Origin: Octopus bimaculoides
Lineage: Eukaryota
NCBI RefSeq assembly: GCF_001194135.2
Contig: NC_069002.1
Span: 4,817,618 to 4,873,028, forward strand
DNA length: 55,411 nucleotides
Direction: 5' to 3'
A program made the position numbers and the translations under genes. Below are positions 50,768 to 55,411 of the stretch, piece by piece. The notes beneath the pieces are model-generated. The model worked only from the letters and a program-made list of their open reading frames with translations, was not told the origin of the DNA and did no database searches. Positions within the stretch are counted from its first letter, which is position 1, and each line of letters opens with the position of its first letter.

Positions 50768-51644
50768 TGTGTCATTTGGTGGTTATTTGTAGTGGAGTGA
50801 ATAATTGAGAAGAGGCTTACTCAGTTTAATTTTGTCATTAGCATGCATAAGTACATCAGTTTGGAAAATTTGAAAACAATAATGTGAAATTTTGAAATAT
50901 TTCAAGTGGTTGCATCAAATTTAATGAGATTCTTTGCTCTGAAATAATTTTGGAGCTAAAAGTTCTCATCAGAACAGTTCCTGAGAAACAGACTGACATC
51001 CTATCCCAGAGCAGATAAGTTTCTCATCCAACTTAGTTCTATGAAGTTGGGGACACAGGAGCCTACAGAAAGAGAAAGAGAGAGAGGGGTTCAAAACATA
51101 CTGCATTTAGCTTAATGCACATCTATGTAAAAAGCAAATTTTTCTTTCTCAATCTCACTGAACAAATTCAGTGCATTCTCGTAAATTTATAGCGGAGATT
51201 AACAAGATATGTGGCTGTGTGATAAGCTTGCTTCCCAACCACATAGTTCCAGGTTCAATCTCATTGCGTGGCACCTTAGGCAAGTGTCTTCTACTATAGC
51301 CTCAGGCCAATGAAAGCCTTGTGAGTCAATTTGGTAGATGGAAACTGAAAGAAGCACGTCATGTATAAGTGTGTGTGTGTGTGTGTGTGTGTATGTGCAG
51401 GTCTTTGTGTTTGCCCCACCCCCACTCCACCATTTGACAACTGGTATACTTACATCCCCTAGCGTGTTAGCAAAAAAGACTATATATACATATATACACA
51501 TAATATATGTATATTATATATATGTATGTATGTATGCATGCCTGTATATATCTAAGATAATAGTTACACTTTAATAACAGTTTCACTTTAATAATAGTTT
51601 CACTTTAATAGTTTCAGTATTAAAGTGAAACTATTAAAGTGAAA

Positions 51645-51880
51645 ATATCTGACATTACATTAGAGAGATGTTATTGTTTTACTTTTGACACGTAATACTG
51701 CAATAGTGGAGGAGATATGATATTACTCTGGGCTCGCACTAGGCAAGAAGTTAAAATCTTTTTTGGCCTATGACAGTACATGGACCCTAAGTAAAGCATG
51801 TGTAAAATTTGAATGAAATTGGTTGTGTAGTTCTGAAGTTTTAGGGATTCACACAGACAGACATTCTCATCTTTATATAC
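51645..51880 (+). mobile_element. Probable non-autonomous Helitron/DINE-like element
   Basis: 3' end gtgtaaaatttgaatgaaattggttgtgtagttctgaagttt...acagacagacattctcatctttatata resembles invertebrate Helitron-N termini (recall-based). Confidence 0.4.
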
Positions 51881-54800
51881 AGAAAGATTTCTAGCATCGA
51901 CAATGCAGAACTACATCAATGCAAAACTTCAAAATACTTCAAGCGGTTGGAACAAATTTGAAAAGATCCCCTGCTCTGAAACAATTTCGGAGCTGGAAGC
52001 TCTCATCAGGTTCCTGGGTAACAGGCTGACATCCTATCCCAGAGCAAACAAGCTTCTCATTGAACATAATTCTATGACAGACCACTTGAGGGATACATAT
52101 GAAACACTGGCTCAGGAGGCAGCAAAAAAAGAAAGAAAGAAATCAAGTAGACATCACATACAGGATAATATAAGGATGAGTCATTTGCCCTTTGTGACAT
52201 CAAATCATTTATACTACTACTACTACTACTACTACATGCTCCTCCACTACTGCCAAGCACAGACCTATTACCTCTCCAGGGAAATAAGATAATCTGTTAA
52301 ACTTCCATTGACATATAAGCAACCAGTGATCGGTCTGGTCTTTTCCACACTCAGTGACTAGAAACAAGAACATGGTNNNNNNNNNNNNNNNNNNNNNNNN
52401 NNNNNNNNNNNNNNGGGGGGGGGGGGAAGAAATATTCGGCAGCACTAGTTGTGGTTGATGTTGTTGTAGTTGTTGCTGCTGTTTGTAGTCTACAAGTCTA
52501 GTAAACTAAATGTACCAGTTATTTCAGTCAGACAGTAATAGTTAACCACTAATAGCAGGTCAATGAAATATATTTAGTGCAACCAAAAACAGACATGTTC
52601 ATTTATTTTTTTTGCTTGCTTTTTTATTTTTATTTTTTTTTGTTGGTTCTTTGTTCTTGTGTTTAAATTTGATTTGGGTTTTTTTTTAATTTTTATTTTC
52701 CCCAACCCCACCACCACCACCATTTCATTGGCTCTTGAAACAAAGATTCCTAATTCCTAGTTGCAGAAAAGTTTAGTGCATCATCCCAAGAAGAATCCAA
52801 TTTTCAAAAGACTTCTGTGTTCTGAGTCACCTACTTTATACAGTTCAACCATTAAATGACTTCACTCTCAATAAAACAATCCACAAACAACACGTCTCCA
52901 ATCCACGATTCTACCTGCTGAAACAAACCTGCACATTTTTTAATACCCCTCCTCCCACCACACCCACACACACACAATGGCTTCCTTCAGTTTTCATCTA
53001 CCAAATCTAGAAGGCTTTGGTTGTCCCGGGACTTTAGTAGAAGACATTTGGTTAAGGTACTGTACAGTGGGACTGAACCCAAAACCACATGGTCAGCTAT
53101 GAGGCTCGCAAACCTAGAAAACCCAAAGGGAAGCAAGGGTGTCAGTAAAATTTAAGAGTTCTTGGAATTTTGGAAAACTGTATAAGGGTTTACACATTTG
53201 AATAAGTGTGAGAGCCACAGGCCAAGTGAATAACAATGTAATGATGCAGGATTGAGAAATGAAGCTTGCTAGTTCAAATACACATCATTATCATCATCAC
53301 TTAGTATCAGTTTACCATGTTGGCATGGGTTGGACGGTTCAACTGGAGCTGGCAAGCCGGAGAGATGCGACAGGTTCCAGTCTAGATAACCTTCTTAATG
53401 CCAACCACTCCACAAAGCATACTGGGTGCCTTTTACATGTCACAACTGCCCTTTAAGTGTCCCTGGCACGGGTGTCTTATATGTGTCACTAGCACAGGTG
53501 CCATTTACGTTTCACCGGCACAGTTGCCTTTTATGTGCCACCAGCACAGGTGTCTTTTACATGTAACCAGCACATGTGTCTTATGTGTCACTGGCACTGG
53601 CCCAGAGAACAAAAATATAGTGAAAATGTAAACACTGAAAACACGAAAACAAAACCTTTGATCTCAACATCAGAGGTTAACAGTTTGAAAAACGATCAAT
53701 TTATTACAACAATAACTTATCTTAGAGATTTAGACATAGTTGTCATATGTATAACACTAAGAACAGTTAAGGTTATTGTTATACTGATAATGCTAATGTG
53801 ATCTTCAAATCACCTACACATTATGCATGTGGATTACAATGAAGTGGGTTGTTTTGTGTGTGGGTGACATGTGGGATTTTTCTGAATGGCACTGTTCGAA
53901 ACACTTAGTTTTAGAATGGTGGCAGCTAATGAAGGAAATGTTCTCTAGGTGGCCTGTGTGTTTTCTGTGCTCTGTTTATCATTTTGTCCACGTTTTTTTG
54001 TGATGTCCTGTACCCAGATATGCATCTATACATGTAGATGTAGGTATGTACATTACATGTACGTATATATGCATATACTCACATATTATTTGTATTATAT
54101 ATATATATATATATATATNNNNNNNNNNNNNNNNNNNNNNNNNNNNNNNNNNNNNNNNNNNNNNNNNNNNNNNNNNNNNNNNNNNNNNNNNNNNNNNNNN
54201 NNNNNNNNNNNNNNNNNNNTATATACATATATATATGTATGTATGTATTTGTGTGTCTGTGTTTGTCCCCCCACCATCGCTTGACAACCAATGTTGGTGT
54301 GTTTATGTCTCCGTAACTTAGCGGTTCGGCAAAAGAGACCGATAGAATAAGTACTAAGCTTACAAAGAATAAGACCTGGGGTCGATTTCTTCGACTAAAG
54401 GCGGTGTTCCATCATGGCTACAGTCAAATGACTGAAACACGAGAATATCCAGTGAGGCGATATCATTTATGCACACAATATAAAGATAACACTTACTTAT
54501 AATTTCTTGCTGTGAAGACATGTGTCTACGTAGGTTTTTATAATGCCTTGTACTTATTTTTTAGGCCTGGTGCATCCAGCCATAAAAACCATGCCAAAAC
54601 AGCCACAGAAGCTTTCTGTAGTCTTCTACCAGGCCGGCTCCTGTCAAACCATCCAACCCATGCCAACATGGAAGGTGAACATTAAACAGTGACAATGTGT
54701 TGCCAAGAGCCCAAAGATCGCTTGGAGACACAAGGTGTGCTATAAAAAACCTGCCTAGACACGTGTCTTCATAGCAAAGACTACAAGTAGCTCTTACCTT

Positions 54801-54919
54801 TATACTGCATACATTAATTTAGATATATATATATGTATGTATATGTTTGCGTCACCTTCTCTAGACACCATATGATAGTTATTAATGAGTGTCACTGTGA
54901 TACAAGCAGTGTCATTCAC

Positions 54920-55250
54920 TTGGGGTTCCTTCGTGAAGGGCTTAGTCAAACAAATTGACTGCCCACCAGTACTTATTCTTTAGGCCTGGTGCTTATTCAG
55001 TCGGTCTCTTTTGCGAAAATGCTAAATTACGAGGACATAAACAAACCACCACCAATGTCAAGTAGTGGGAGGAAAGACACACACATGTACACAATGGGCT
55101 TCTTTCAGTTTCTGTCAATCAGATACACTCACAAGGTTTTGGTTGGCCCAAGGCTAAGATAGAAGACACTTGCTCAAGGTGTTATGCAGTGGGAGTGAAC
55201 CTAGAACCAGGTGATTGGGAAGCAAACTTTTTACCACACAGCCATGCCTT
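54920..55250 (-). mobile_element. tRNA-derived SINE family A (internal microsatellite core)
   Basis: Family has head gtggctgtgtggtaagaagcttgcttcccaaccacatggtt..gggttcagtccc (B-box-like) and tail gcggtgctccagcatggc.gcagtcaaatgactgaaacaagtaaaaga. Other copies ~2100-2215, 7645-7810, 8510-8760, 17185-17400, 24824-24990, 26320-26490, 35590-35905, 36855-37175, 38940-39105, 46900-47100, 51205-51480, 52970-53095, 54220-54440. Confidence 0.85.
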
Positions 55251-55411
55251 ATTCAAAGAATGTTTGCTGAAATTTGTATGATTCTCCATTGAGACCATGC
55301 TAGTTTGAAAATAAATTCTAAAGTCAGCTCACACAATAAGACAATAAATTGCGCTAGTGTCAGAATGTATAAGAAACGAGACAGTATTAAGATATAAAAA
55401 TTTCTTTTTTT

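Overview
AT-rich, microsatellite-laden eukaryotic genomic DNA with 7 assembly gaps. The repeat families resemble those I recall from octopus (coleoid cephalopod) assemblies; the species assignment is an inference. Two spliced genes converge tail to tail. (1) Minus strand: an essentially complete exportin-7 (XPO7/RanBP16) gene. I traced 29 coding exons by hand from 49212 to the stop at 14547 (3291 nt, 1096 codons plus stop, all phases consistent); only the short first coding exon is not securely placed. Two of its introns are minor-spliceosome (U12) introns, one GT-AG (31341-31682) and one AT-AC (27525-28748), and there is a candidate alternative proximal last exon. (2) Plus strand: a 7-exon coiled-coil gene (420-9894) that aligns in register with CCDC172 as I recall that protein, with an unresolved exon1/exon2 junction. 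Introns contain several tRNA-derived SINE families, RTE-type LINE/SINE 3' tails ending in (GAT)n, mariner/Tc1 relics and MITEs, a CR1/L2-type RT fragment and degenerate minisatellites. Nearly all entries in the supplied ORF track are spurious microsatellite or repeat ORFs, or exons extended into introns. I found no prokaryote-type system (CRISPR, operon). The strongest leads are splicing- and RNA-editing-related. Homology statements rest on my recall of human sequences, not on database searches; repeat boundaries are approximate.
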